64,000 bases of DNA from a virus (lineage: Duplodnaviria; Caudoviricetes): the IMG/VR virus record IMGVR_UViG_2687453145_000002, positions 52,166 to 116,165 of that record, one strand, 5' to 3'. The notes beneath the pieces are model-generated. The model was not told the origin of the DNA. It did not search any database and saw only the letters and a program-made list of their open reading frames with translations. Shown here one piece after another: positions 52,884-63,181 of the stretch. Made by a program: the position numbers and the translations under genes. How positions within the stretch are numbered: the stretch's first letter is position 1; each line of letters starts with the position of its first letter.

Positions 52884-55800
52884 TGGCAAAACCTGCATAC
52901 CGGGCCGGGCGGGACCCGGCAGCGACCGCCGAAAACGTGGAGCTGCTTACCGGGCAGCGAGGCAACAAGCTGGACAAGGCGGTAACGCTGAGAGAACTGA
53001 CAGAGCTTGGCTTGGCCACTCTGCGCCCTGGGGCCGGTGGTGCCTACAACCCAGGCAAGAACCCGGACCTTTTCCCGACCGGCATTTATGACAAGCCCCA
53101 TGCACCGGTCAATGTGCAGGCAAATGGGGCGTTTCATACCGTGGTGGTTGAATGGGATAGCCCCAACTACCGTGGCCACGCTCATACCGAGATATGGCGA
53201 GCCGAGACAGATAGCCTGCCTGCAGCCACGCTGGTCGGTACCACCTCGGCCAATGTGTTCTCTGACGCCATTGGCAAGGGGGCGCAGTTCTACTACTGGG
53301 CGCGTTTCGTAAATGGCAAGGATGATGCCGGCCCCTTTAACGCCAACGGAGTCATGGCGGAGACTAGCCGCGATGTGCAGGACATTCTCGATGAGCTGCA
53401 GGGGAAGATTGAGGATAGCCACTTAGCCAAGGAGCTGCTTGCCCCTATCAAACAGGTCCCGCAGTTAACTCTTGATGTTGAGGCGATCCGCCCCAGGCTG
53501 GAAGAAATCGATGTGTCTATCGGCACCATCCAGAACAAGATCCCCAGCATCGAGGGAGACCTGGCATCACTCAGCCAGAAGCAACAGGAAAGTGAAGATC
53601 TTCTCAAGGATGCCCAGGCGCAGCTTGGCAATGCCAGCATCGACATTGGCCTGGTTCAGGACCGACTGAACAACAAAATAGACAAGTACAAGGGCGACTT
53701 TGACAGTTTCCGCGATGCGGCATTCAAGGTTGACCCTGAGAATGGCAGCATCACCATGGACGCGGTGAATGCTGTCCGTGAGGAGATGCGGACCTCTATC
53801 ACAGAGGTTCACCAGGGCCTGGACGCTGTGTCTGGCCAGATAGCCAGCAAGGCCGACAACGTCACAGTGTACGGCCAGGGGAAACGCATCACCGAGGCGG
53901 AGCAACGCATCAATGGGCTCGATGCCAGCCTGAGCCAGACAGTGACCAAGGGGGAGTTTACCGACGAGCAGAAGAAGGTCACCCAGATCGGTCAGGAGTT
54001 GAATGCCACCAAGGGCGAGTTGGCACAGAAGGCAACTCAACAGCAGGTGGACGAACAGGGCGAACGGCTGGCCAATGCTGAGAGCAAGTTGACGGTTCAT
54101 ACCGATGAGCTATCGAGCCAGGCTCAGCGCATTGATGGGCTGCAGGCCACCGTCAACAGCGGTGATGAGGTGCTTGATGCCAGGATCACTGAACTAGCGC
54201 GCGTGACGGCTGAGGCTGATGGCGTGACGGCCAAGCGTGTCAGTGGGCTGGAGGTGAGGGCTGGTGAAGCGGAAGGCAAGATCAGTGCGCTGGAGGAGGT
54301 TATCGAGTCGAACGGTGGGATAACGGCCGGGCGATTCGATGAAATTAAAGCTGAAGTCGAACTGGCCAAGGACAAGGCCAATGGGGCTGGTGATGCGGGT
54401 CAGGCAGCAATTGATGCCGCCCTGGCAGGGGATGAGCGGGACAGGGGAAACCGGAAGTCCTTTGGCGCCATTCGCACGCAGCAGCAGGTGATCGTGAATG
54501 AGCAGGCCGCCCAAGCCAAACGCATCACCGACATGGACGTCAAGTTTGAGGGGAAGGATGCAGATACCCAGGCTCGCATTACTGGCGTAGAGGAGGTGTT
54601 TGCCGACGCGGGAAGTGCACTGGCCCAGCGCATTGATGATATGAGTGCTTCGACGAGCGTGGCGCTTGGTGAAACAGCGGCAGCCATCAAGGCGCTGGAG
54701 CAGGTATCGACCGACGCTGACAGCGCACTGGCGCTGCGCCAAGACCAGATGCATGCTGAGCTGACCGATGCAGACAATACCCTGAGCGCCGGGATTGCCA
54801 GCGAATCCGAGGCAAGAACGACGGCTATTGATGCCATGTCGCGCAGAGTGGACGAGTTGACCGCCAGCATGGATGGCGAACTTGGCGACCTGAAAGCTCG
54901 CGCAGCTCAAGAGGAGCAGGCGCGGGCAGATGGTGACGGCGCACTGGCCCAGCGAATGACTACGCTTGACGCCAGCGTAAAGGAGGGGGATGCCACCAAC
55001 GCGGCCAGTATCTCCAGCCTGGAAAAGGTGGTTGTTGATACCGCCCAGGCGCTGGCACAGCGTCAGGACAACATGGAGTCATCCATCGACCTTGGCGGCA
55101 AAACGGATGTCGAGGGGGCGCTGGCAAGCGATGAGCGCGACCGGGAGAACCGAAAGGCGCTCGGCAAGGTCATCACTCAGCAGCAAACTCTGGCCAATAC
55201 CCATGAGGCGTTGGCAAGAGATGTGACGCAGCTCACCGCAGATTACAAGGCGGATAGTGCCGACCTGCACAGTCAGGTCACCGAGGAGCGGCTGGTGCGC
55301 AGCACGGCAGTTGATGCGCTGGCACAAAAGACATCGGTGCTTGAGGCGCAGATAGAGGGGGTTGACCAGTCGCTGTCTGCCTCTATTGCCGAGGTGGCCA
55401 AGGCCAACGCTGACGCAAACTCAGCCATGACCGAGAAATTGAGCCAGCAGCAGTCCGCCATGGAGACGGCTGATGCTGCGCTATCCGGGCGCATCAACGA
55501 GGAGGCGACAACCCGGGCTGATGCCGTAGAGTCGCTGGCAAACCAGATCCAGCAGGTTACGGCTAATTATCAGGATGGTGATAATCGGCTGGAAGGCCAG
55601 ATCACTGCGGAGTCAGAGGCCCGCGCCAACGCTGTGCAGTCTCTTGCTAGTCAGATCAACACGGTTTCCGCTGTAGCCGGCAGCAAGAACAAGACATTCT
55701 TCCAAGCCACTGCACCAGGCACTGGCATGGGTACGGGTGACCTGTGGTTTGACACTGCCAATAACAACCGGCCTTACCGTTACAGCGGGACTGCGTGGGT

Positions 55801-56788
55801 GGCTACCGATGACCCGCGCATTGCAGCAAACGCAGCGGCTGTCCAACTGCAGAGCAAGGCGATTGCCGACCTGCAGAACGGCGCCCAGGCGATGTGGACG
55901 GCAAAAGCCACTGCCGGGCAAATCACAGCCGGGATTGGCCTGATTGCCAAGTCAGACGGCACCAGCCAGGTGGCCATCTCAGCCAGCCAGGTTTTTGTGT
56001 TCGACCCCAACAGCGCAATACCCATGGCGCCACTATTCGCCATCGACAACGGGCAGGCAGTCATTGCCGAGGCCATCATTCGCAAGGCGACCATTCAGAT
56101 CCTGACTTCCGAGAAGATCACGGCTGATTATGTGAAAGCGGGGGTGAGCATCACCACCCCGCTGATAAACGGCGGTCAGATCGACATGGGAAATGCTTTT
56201 ATGGCCGGCGGGGCGGCTGGGTTCGGCAAGGGTGGGCCATATGCATGCTGGGGATGGGGTTGGCACACGATCATCTACGCAGATGGTTCGATTTATACCG
56301 ACCGAATGTATGCGTCGAATGGCACATTTACCGGCACCGTGAACGCCAATAATGGCGTGCTAAATAATGTCACCATCAACGAAAGCTGCATAATCAGGGG
56401 CACGTTGGAGGCAGATCGCATCGTCGGGGATGTGACGACGCTGATAAAGCCATCTGGAAACTTCAGCATTGTTGGGTACAAACGTGCCCGTAACCTCGTG
56501 TGCATAAAGCCCATCGCAGGAAACGCGGTGATATCTGGGTCTGGCTTAATTGGCATCTACCTCATCTGCAGGATGAATGGGGTCGAGCAAGGGCGAGCGC
56601 TTTACCAATCCAACTATCCAACCGGCATTAACCGCATTCCAATGCGGGTGACCCTGCAGGATGCATTTGTAATTCCTGCAAATGTGAACGCCTCAATAAC
56701 ATTTGAGATTGCTCCTTACGGTAACGTGAGCAGCATCTCCGAGCAGTACGTAGAGAGTGGCAGTGTATGGCTGATGGGGTTGTTCTGA
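52883..56788 (+). CDS. Long coiled-coil tail/host-specificity protein
   Basis: FN3-like N-terminal part, long coiled coil, J-like C-terminal region (AGIGL...AIIRKATIQ). Confidence 0.85.
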   Translation: MAKPAYRAGRDPAATAENVELLTGQRGNKLDKAVTLRELTELGLATLRPGAGGAYNPGKNPDLFPTGIYDKPHAPVNVQANGAFHTVVVEWDSPNYRGHAHTEIWRAETDSLPAATLVGTTSANVFSDAIGKGAQFYYWARFVNGKDDAGPFNANGVMAETSRDVQDILDELQGKIEDSHLAKELLAPIKQVPQLTLDVEAIRPRLEEIDVSIGTIQNKIPSIEGDLASLSQKQQESEDLLKDAQAQLGNASIDIGLVQDRLNNKIDKYKGDFDSFRDAAFKVDPENGSITMDAVNAVREEMRTSITEVHQGLDAVSGQIASKADNVTVYGQGKRITEAEQRINGLDASLSQTVTKGEFTDEQKKVTQIGQELNATKGELAQKATQQQVDEQGERLANAESKLTVHTDELSSQAQRIDGLQATVNSGDEVLDARITELARVTAEADGVTAKRVSGLEVRAGEAEGKISALEEVIESNGGITAGRFDEIKAEVELAKDKANGAGDAGQAAIDAALAGDERDRGNRKSFGAIRTQQQVIVNEQAAQAKRITDMDVKFEGKDADTQARITGVEEVFADAGSALAQRIDDMSASTSVALGETAAAIKALEQVSTDADSALALRQDQMHAELTDADNTLSAGIASESEARTTAIDAMSRRVDELTASMDGELGDLKARAAQEEQARADGDGALAQRMTTLDASVKEGDATNAASISSLEKVVVDTAQALAQRQDNMESSIDLGGKTDVEGALASDERDRENRKALGKVITQQQTLANTHEALARDVTQLTADYKADSADLHSQVTEERLVRSTAVDALAQKTSVLEAQIEGVDQSLSASIAEVAKANADANSAMTEKLSQQQSAMETADAALSGRINEEATTRADAVESLANQIQQVTANYQDGDNRLEGQITAESEARANAVQSLASQINTVSAVAGSKNKTFFQATAPGTGMGTGDLWFDTANNNRPYRYSGTAWVATDDPRIAANAAAVQLQSKAIADLQNGAQAMWTAKATAGQITAGIGLIAKSDGTSQVAISASQVFVFDPNSAIPMAPLFAIDNGQAVIAEAIIRKATIQILTSEKITADYVKAGVSITTPLINGGQIDMGNAFMAGGAAGFGKGGPYACWGWGWHTIIYADGSIYTDRMYASNGTFTGTVNANNGVLNNVTINESCIIRGTLEADRIVGDVTTLIKPSGNFSIVGYKRARNLVCIKPIAGNAVISGSGLIGIYLICRMNGVEQGRALYQSNYPTGINRIPMRVTLQDAFVIPANVNASITFEIAPYGNVSSISEQYVESGSVWLMGLF

Positions 56789-57147
56789 TGCTAACTCCGA
56801 TCTCGCGCATTTCCAGGGACACCAGCAATCCAGCCCTATCCGCTGAACTACAAGACGCCATCCGAAATCGGGTGGCGTTTTTGTTTGTGCGCGGCACTGA
56901 TGGCTTTGTGCTGAAACCGGTGGTGGAGCAGGGCTTTACTGGGGTCCTGGTCTGGGTTGGATGGGGGGATGGCGGGGCGCCGGAGAGACACCTGCCGGAA
57001 GTTAAGCGGTTGGCTCGCATGATTGGCGCCCGCTGGCTCCGCTTCCATTCGGCCCGTAAGGGGTGGCTCAAGGTCGCACCAAGAATGGGGTGGGTGCGTC
57101 AGCCAGATGATGCTGACGGCCTGTTTGTATTTCAGATCAACTTGTGA
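56788..57147 (+). CDS. Conserved late protein, possibly GNAT-like
   Basis: LARMIGARWLRFHSARKGW; synteny. Confidence 0.7.
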   Translation: MLTPISRISRDTSNPALSAELQDAIRNRVAFLFVRGTDGFVLKPVVEQGFTGVLVWVGWGDGGAPERHLPEVKRLARMIGARWLRFHSARKGWLKVAPRMGWVRQPDDADGLFVFQINL

Positions 57148-57156
57148 GGTGAGGGG

Positions 57157-57789
57157 ATGGGAAAGGGCGGTTCAAACGAAATCAAGGAAACCGAGGCACA
57201 GAAGGCAGCGGCTGATGTGGCCACAGAGCAGTGGAATATCTACAAGAGTGACCTGCAGCAGTATGAAGACGTCTTCATGGACAAGGTGGATGACCTCAAC
57301 AGCGAGCGCGAATATGACAAGCTTGCCGGCACCGCTGCGCTGGGAACCGCTCAATCCTTTGGTGAGGCGCGCTCAGGGTTGGCTGACTCCCTGGCTGCTG
57401 GCGGCGTGGACCCAACCAGCGGCAAGTACCAATCGGCCATGTCCAATTTGGAGACGGATCAGGCTCTGAGCCAGACCGATACGACCAGCCGAGCACAGTC
57501 CAGCCAGCAAGACCGTTATGTGGCAGGGCTCAAGGATGTGGTCAGTATTGGCGCCGGCCAGAAAGCGGAGGCACTTGCTGGGATGGGGGATGTGGCCAAC
57601 ACCAGCTTGCGTAAGGCTGCCAGTGATGCTCAGACATCGTTTCAGAGCAAGCAGGCGACTGCGGGGTTGGTGGGTGCGGTGGCCGGAGCAGGCACGGCAT
57701 ATGGCCTTGGCCAGTTGAAAGCGCCGGCTGCAGTGGAAAGCAAGAAGATCAGCCCTACTGCATCAGTGTTGCAAAACAAAGGTTATTAA
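57157..57789 (+). CDS. Putative ejection protein
   Basis: MGKGGS start, A/G/Q-rich, C-terminal hydrophobic Gly stretch. Confidence 0.8.
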   Translation: MGKGGSNEIKETEAQKAAADVATEQWNIYKSDLQQYEDVFMDKVDDLNSEREYDKLAGTAALGTAQSFGEARSGLADSLAAGGVDPTSGKYQSAMSNLETDQALSQTDTTSRAQSSQQDRYVAGLKDVVSIGAGQKAEALAGMGDVANTSLRKAASDAQTSFQSKQATAGLVGAVAGAGTAYGLGQLKAPAAVESKKISPTASVLQNKGY

Positions 57790-57799
57790 GGGGTTAGCC

Positions 57800-58180
57800 A
57801 TGGGATATGCCGCAGACAAATTTGCCCAGATCACGCGCGATAGCTACCAGGACTGGAAAACTCGTTTCTACCCCAAGCAGAAGGAGCTGATGGAGTTGGC
57901 TACCAATGGCCAATTGCTGCGGGATCAGCTTGGCCGGGTAGACCAGAACAACCAGAACTCGCTGGCAGCCGCCAAGCAAGCAACTGACAACCGAATGGCC
58001 AGGATGGGGGTTAGCCCAAGCCAGGGTGCCGATGACAACAGCCAGGGTCTGCGCATGGCCTTGATGACTGCTGGCACTGAGAACGGCCTTCGTGAGCAAG
58101 AGCAATTACGCCAGATGGGCATTCTGACAGGGGCAGATGCTGGGCTGCGTGAAGCAATCAAGACAGGGGGTAAGGTCTGA
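57800..58180 (+). CDS. Putative internal virion protein
   Basis: Operon context. Confidence 0.75.
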   Translation: MGYAADKFAQITRDSYQDWKTRFYPKQKELMELATNGQLLRDQLGRVDQNNQNSLAAAKQATDNRMARMGVSPSQGADDNSQGLRMALMTAGTENGLREQEQLRQMGILTGADAGLREAIKTGGKV

Positions 58181-58440
58181 TGGGTTACGGAATTCTGGAT
58201 ATCGGCGCTCAAACGCGCCAGCAGGGCATGGCCGGGCTACGTGATGCGGCCAACCGTGAGAATGAAATTGAGATGGGGAACAAGCAACTCAAGACGCAGG
58301 AGAAGCAGGCCAAGATGTCTGCTGCAGGTGCCGGCGCCGCCACTGGCGCCATGATCGGCGCATCCTATGGTTCGGTTGGTGGTCCCGTCGGCGCTCTCAT
58401 TGGGGCGGGCGTTGGTTTTCTGGCAAGCAGCTTATTTTAA
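58180..58440 (+). CDS. Glycine-zipper ejection protein
   Basis: GAATGAMIG...GGPVGALIGAGVG. Confidence 0.8.
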   Translation: MGYGILDIGAQTRQQGMAGLRDAANRENEIEMGNKQLKTQEKQAKMSAAGAGAATGAMIGASYGSVGGPVGALIGAGVGFLASSLF

Positions 58441-58446
58441 GGGGGC

Positions 58447-59849
58447 ATGATGAGCGTATCGGGATTGGCAGAAGGGTTTCTGGCCGGCTTCAACACCATG
58501 GACCGCTATCAGCGTGGCCAGAAAGAAGATGAGCGGATGGACAAGGCCATGAGCCTGCGGGATGCCATGTGGCAGAACGAGCAGGATCGGCAGAAGGTGG
58601 CAGACGAGCGATACCAGGGTGAACGGGAGTACAGCATGGGTCGCGATAAGCTGGCTGATGCCCGCTATGACCGACAGTTCGCTCTGACAGAGAGGCAGGT
58701 AAAATCGTCAGAGGCGCGCGCCAGTGCTGCGGAAGTCGCGCTGCGGCGCAGGATACTCGCCAACAGCAGGAGCATGAGTGGCAGAAAGAGCAGCGCAACA
58801 AACAACTGTTCCAGCAGGAGAACCTGCCGATCATCCAGTCTGGTTGGCAGGCGGTGGCCGAGGGCAAAGACCCGGGTGAGAAATTCTGGGGGGTTGTGCG
58901 AGATCCGCGGGCTGGCTCCTTCAATCCGGAGCGCTATCTGCAGCAGGATTATGCCGACGCCGGCAAGACTTTTGTCACTTATGCCGGTAACCTGGTGCGC
59001 CAGGCCCAGGAGGGTAAGCTCGATCCAACCACGCCCGAGGGGCATGCCGCAGTCAATAACCCGCAGTTCATCAAAGCGGCCGGCACCCTCTATCAGGATG
59101 AGGTCAGCAAAGGGGTTGGTGACATTGACCCGGAGAGCGGCAAGACCATCACCGACAAGCAGCTGAACAACATCATGATCACCCCGGACGGGCGCGGCGT
59201 AGTGCTGGGGGTGGAGGTCACTTATGACGACGGTAGCAAAGCGGTGCGGCCAGTGACCAACAACCGCACTGCAGCGCCGGACGATCACCCCAAGGTCATC
59301 CCCATCAACGACTTCCTTAAGCCGGCGTACCAGCGGGCCGCCCTGGCCAAGCACATGATTGGCAATGCAGATCAGCTGCGCACCTCTCTCGGCCTGACGG
59401 CTGGGCCTGACCAGGGTGGCTACAAGAAAGCCGTCACCGAGCTGGAGAAGCAGCACGGCCAGAACAGGGCGCGCATCTCTGCCAGCAACGCAGAGGATAA
59501 AGACCTGCAGCTGGATGCGCTGGACGCCCAGCTGGAGCAGAGCAAGGCGGCGCTTGCGGACACCTACGGCTTGACCAGCAAAACGGATGAGCCAAAGCAG
59601 GATGCCCCAATCAAGGCGTGGACTGGTGGAGATCCAGAGCGCCTGCAGTTCATCAAGGAAGCGAACCAACATGGCAAGCTGAACGGGCTACTGGAGAACC
59701 CCACCAGGATGAACACCGCATTCGAGCTGTGGCGCCAACAGGCTGCAGGGCAGAAGAAGGCGGAGCAGGCGACTGTGACCGCCAACCGGCTGCGCGATAC
59801 ACAGGTCAATGCCTATCAGGCTATGAGCCTGGCACAGGCCCGCCGCTAG
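58447..59849 (+). pseudogene. Ejection protein gene split by a 1-nt deletion (or a sequencing error)
   Basis: Adding one base near 58733 (GAA[A]GT) joins ORFs 58447 and 58854 into one ~467-aa frame. Confidence 0.8.
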
Positions 59850-59961
59850 TTGCCTTTCAACCACCCCAGCGTTAGCATCTCCCCATAGTCGGTCAGTCTG
59901 CATGCTGGCCACCCCATCCAATAAAGCCCTGATCGGTTCGCCGGTCGGGGCTTTTCTTTTG
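59850..59961 (+). promoter_or_regulatory. Late promoter, pause-like element and terminator before giant gene copy 2
   Basis: TTGCCT-17(AGCGT)-TAGCAT, CATAGT; hairpins covary with 393-463. Confidence 0.7.
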
Positions 59962-59980
59962 CCAGAAACCCGAGGACACC

Positions 59981-62053
59981 ATGGACAAGCCTGGACTGCG
60001 TGACGCCCTGCCAAAGCCGCAATCATCTGACACTCGCACCGATCCATTCTGGAGCAATCTCGATAGCAGCCTGTCAGCTGCCACTGCTGCCCCAGCACAA
60101 GCCGGCCAATCTACCACCAAGCGCGACCTTGATGTTGGTCTGGGCGATGTGGCGCGCGGGGTGGGGGCGGGCGCACTGGACCTGGTAGGCGGCATTGGCG
60201 AGTTGGCACGGCAGGCCAGCAACTTCGGCAAGGAGAACGCTGGCAAGCAGGGGGAGGATTATCTGGAGCAGGCCCGCGCCAAGATGGCCAACAAGCTGAG
60301 CCCCGTACTGGATATGGTGGCCGGCGCCGGCGACCTGGCCACATCAGGGGCTGAGTCACTGACCGAGGGGATGAGCGCGGATGCCAAGGAGGCCATGGGG
60401 CGCAGGCTGATTGATGAAACGCCGGAAGGTCGTTTGACCCTGGGGGGTGGTGCGGGGGATATCGATGTCTGGGCCATGAAAATGGCACAGGGCGTCGGCT
60501 CCATACTGCCGACCTTGATGGCTGGCGGCGTCACAGGTGTGGCTGCCAAAGCCTCTATTGGCCGCGCCGTCACCGCCTCCATGGTAAAGCGTGGCGCGAC
60601 CCAGGAGGTAGCCGAAGCGGTTGCCGCCAAGGCCGTTTCCAAAATCGCCACCGGTGCTGCCGTGACAACGGGGGCGACTGGGTCGGTTGGCAGCGCTGGG
60701 GTGAACACCCGTGACACCGTGCTGGGAATGAGCTTTGATGAGCTGGCTGCCAGTGACACCTTCCGCCAGTCATTCACGCGAATCGACCAGGATCAGCAGA
60801 CACAGCACCTCTCCGATGATGAGAAGCTGGGGCTGGCCCGGGAGGAGACGGCCAATATGGCCAGCCGGGCTACCATGAGCGACGCTAAGGTGTGGGGGGC
60901 CGCCGCCATGGGCTCCATGATGGGCGACGCCATGCTGTTCAAGATGCTGGCTGGCAAAGCCGCAACTGGTGGAGTGCTGAAAGGTGCTGCCAAGGGGGCG
61001 GCAGGTGAGGGTATCAGCGAAACCCTGGAGGAGGGGGTGCAGCAATACGCCGTCAACGAATCCCTCAACGAGGTGGCCGCCGCTGATATCGACCCCATGA
61101 AAGGGGTTGTGTCCAGTGCGCTGGAAGGTGGCTTGATTGGCATGGGGACCGGTGGCGCGCTGGGTGGTGTCGGTGGCCTGCGCGAAGGCAAGTCGCAGGT
61201 AGAAAGCGAAGGAGGCGCCCAGGTAGACCCCGCCTTGGCGGAAGAGGTAGCACCCATTGAGCAGGGTGAACCAGTGCCGGCTGATACGGCTTCCGCTCCG
61301 GTAGAGCCGGGTCTGGCCCCTGCTGTCGATACTGTTGCTGAACCGGTGATGCCTATCGGTGAGCAAAACCCGCTTGGCCCGAGCGCCAGCAAGTTTGACG
61401 AGAAGCGCGATGTGCCAGCCTATTTGCGCCGCGACGATACCGCCGATCGCTTCAAAGGCATGGCAGAAAATAGCCAGACGCAGGAGGTGCTTGCTGGATC
61501 CCCGGCCCCTGCCGTTGACGATCTTCTCTCGCAGGCCACGCCTAAGCAGGATGAGGCGATCGTCGAGCCCGTGATGGCAGAGCAGCCGCTGTCCCCCGCC
61601 GAGGATGTCTCGGAGTCACCATTGGCGCAGTCAACCGAGCTCCCTGCACTGGATGCAATTGTTGGCCAACTCCAGACTCTCCGCATCACCCGCAGAGGCA
61701 AGCCGTTTGCCAGCGAGAAAGAGGCCGCTATGGCCAGCCGCAAGGGCAAGGAGATGCCGGTGCCGCTCAATGGTGGCGGCTTTGGTGTGGCAGAGGTCGC
61801 CGAAGTGGAGCAGGCCCAGGCGGCCGCAACCACGCAACCAAGCCCCCCACCGCTCGGTGACACAGGTACTTCCGACTCGAGTCAACCTTCTGACCTGTCA
61901 GCGGCAAGCACAACCGCTGAAACAGTTCCGGCCCAGCCCGCACCAGCCGGCGATATCAGCCAACTCGCTGTGCCGTTGATTATGGTCGAGTTTCCCATCT
62001 TTGTGGCTGTACTGTTCCAAGAATTACCATCGGCATCTTGTCCTGTGGTGTAA
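59981..62053 (+). pseudogene. Truncated giant ejection protein (copy 2)
   Basis: Homologous to 484-3000 up to ~61968, then reads into the antisense of another gene. Confidence 0.88.
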
Positions 62054-62271
62054 GTACTGTTTCCAAGTTTCTGGCTTTGTTGACTCCAAGTTGACCCAGT
62101 TCTTGAGTTCTGGCCATTCACATAAGTGGTATCGCCAAACTTCTGTACGGTGTATGTATTTCCACTGTCATCATAGCAGGTCTTTAAGCTGCCAGAACCA
62201 ATACAGTCTGCCGACGCTACGCCTGAAAAAAATAGTAGAGTGGCAATAGTTGTAGTGATGATGCGCATCAA
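61882..62271 (-). pseudogene. Exported beta-repeat protein, 3' end removed by the same deletion
   Basis: Signal peptide, (F/L/M)G(D/N)(T/S)T..(N/T)G repeats; the frame becomes antisense giant-gene sequence below ~61968. Confidence 0.75.
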
Positions 62272-62479
62272 GAATCTCCCTTTTCTTCACTCATCTGTCT
62301 GACGAAATCCAACACCCACGTATTTCCTAGACAAAATAAGGTTTCCACTTCGGCGAGATGTTGGGGTCTCTCAGCTCTACATGATGTCCAGTTTGAGGCT
62401 TCATGACTTTGAGATATGTCACAACGCCTCATTTAAAATACCGAAATAAGGTCAGATTGTGTAATCGGGTAAAGGCCAT

Positions 62480-62779
62480 CTACTTATCTTGGGTGGCCTT
62501 GTACTTGTCCCACACTTCCTGGATGCGAACAATCAGCTCTTGCATCACTTCATCGGGCATGTCCGTTTGAAGCGTAGTCTTTTGTAGCCGCTTGTATGCA
62601 CGCGGGTGGCCGCTCAGTTGGGTGCCATCAGTTGACGTTGCGTCTTCGTCAAAGGTCCTTTGAAGCCGATAAACGATCTCTGCATTCATCGTCCTACCAG
62701 ACGCATCGGCAGCCTCATGGATGGCGTTATGCAGGTCTCTTGGTAGGCGTAGGGCCGTTCTTTGGATGTCCTTGCTCAT
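62480..62779 (-). CDS. Arc/Mnt-family repressor (Mnt-like), copy 2
   Basis: First ~46 aa nearly identical to 12813-13259; different tail. Confidence 0.88.
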   Translation of the reverse strand: MSKDIQRTALRLPRDLHNAIHEAADASGRTMNAEIVYRLQRTFDEDATSTDGTQLSGHPRAYKRLQKTTLQTDMPDEVMQELIVRIQEVWDKYKATQDK

Positions 62780-62862
62780 GCTGCAACAGTGACTCTCGAT
62801 TGTTTATATACCCCCATATTAACAACAACGAGAGTTGAATTCATATCGACATCAAAAAGTCA

Positions 62863-62897
62863 TTGACCTCTGAGCATGTCGGCTTCATAGTGAAGCC
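62863..62897 (+). promoter_or_regulatory. Pant-like promoter and palindromic operator
   Basis: TTGACC-17-CATAGT; GGCTTCATAGTGAAGCC. Confidence 0.7.
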
Positions 62898-62926
62898 TTG
62901 TAGTGTCAAAGTAAATTCATAAAGGG

Positions 62927-63100
62927 ATGAACGAAATGGAGCAAGAGAAGGTTAAGAACACATCACTGCGCTTACCAAACGAGATTCGTAAGTGGCTAGG
63001 GCATCGTGCCGTTGATAATGGCCGCAGTATCAACAGCGAAATCATAATGATTTTCAAGGAGATGATGAAGAAAGAGGAACTGGAGAATGCTAGCAAGTAG
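62927..63100 (+). CDS. Arc-like repressor, copy 2 (start may be 62936)
   Basis: EKVKNTSLRLPNEIRKWLGHRAVDNGRSINSEII. Confidence 0.85.
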   Translation: MNEMEQEKVKNTSLRLPNEIRKWLGHRAVDNGRSINSEIIMIFKEMMKKEELENASK

Positions 63101-63179
63101 CAGAAAGAGTTCGACCCAAGCTGTTGGAGCAGCTCGGGCCGAGGGATGTAAACCAAACACGCAAATGATTGGAGTTACG
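63101..63179 (-). ncRNA. Sar-like antisense RNA, copy 2
   Basis: Hairpin 63111-63142 with compensatory changes versus copy 1; -10 TATAGT inside the ant start. Confidence 0.65.
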
Positions 63180-63181
63180 GT

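Noticed and set aside
49217-56788. Tail diversification by DGR or invertase
   Set aside because: No reverse transcriptase, template repeat, invertase or inverted cassettes seen; the low-GC tips fit ordinary module exchange.
58720-58745. Programmed -1 frameshift
   Set aside because: No X XXY YYZ motif; a point deletion explains it.
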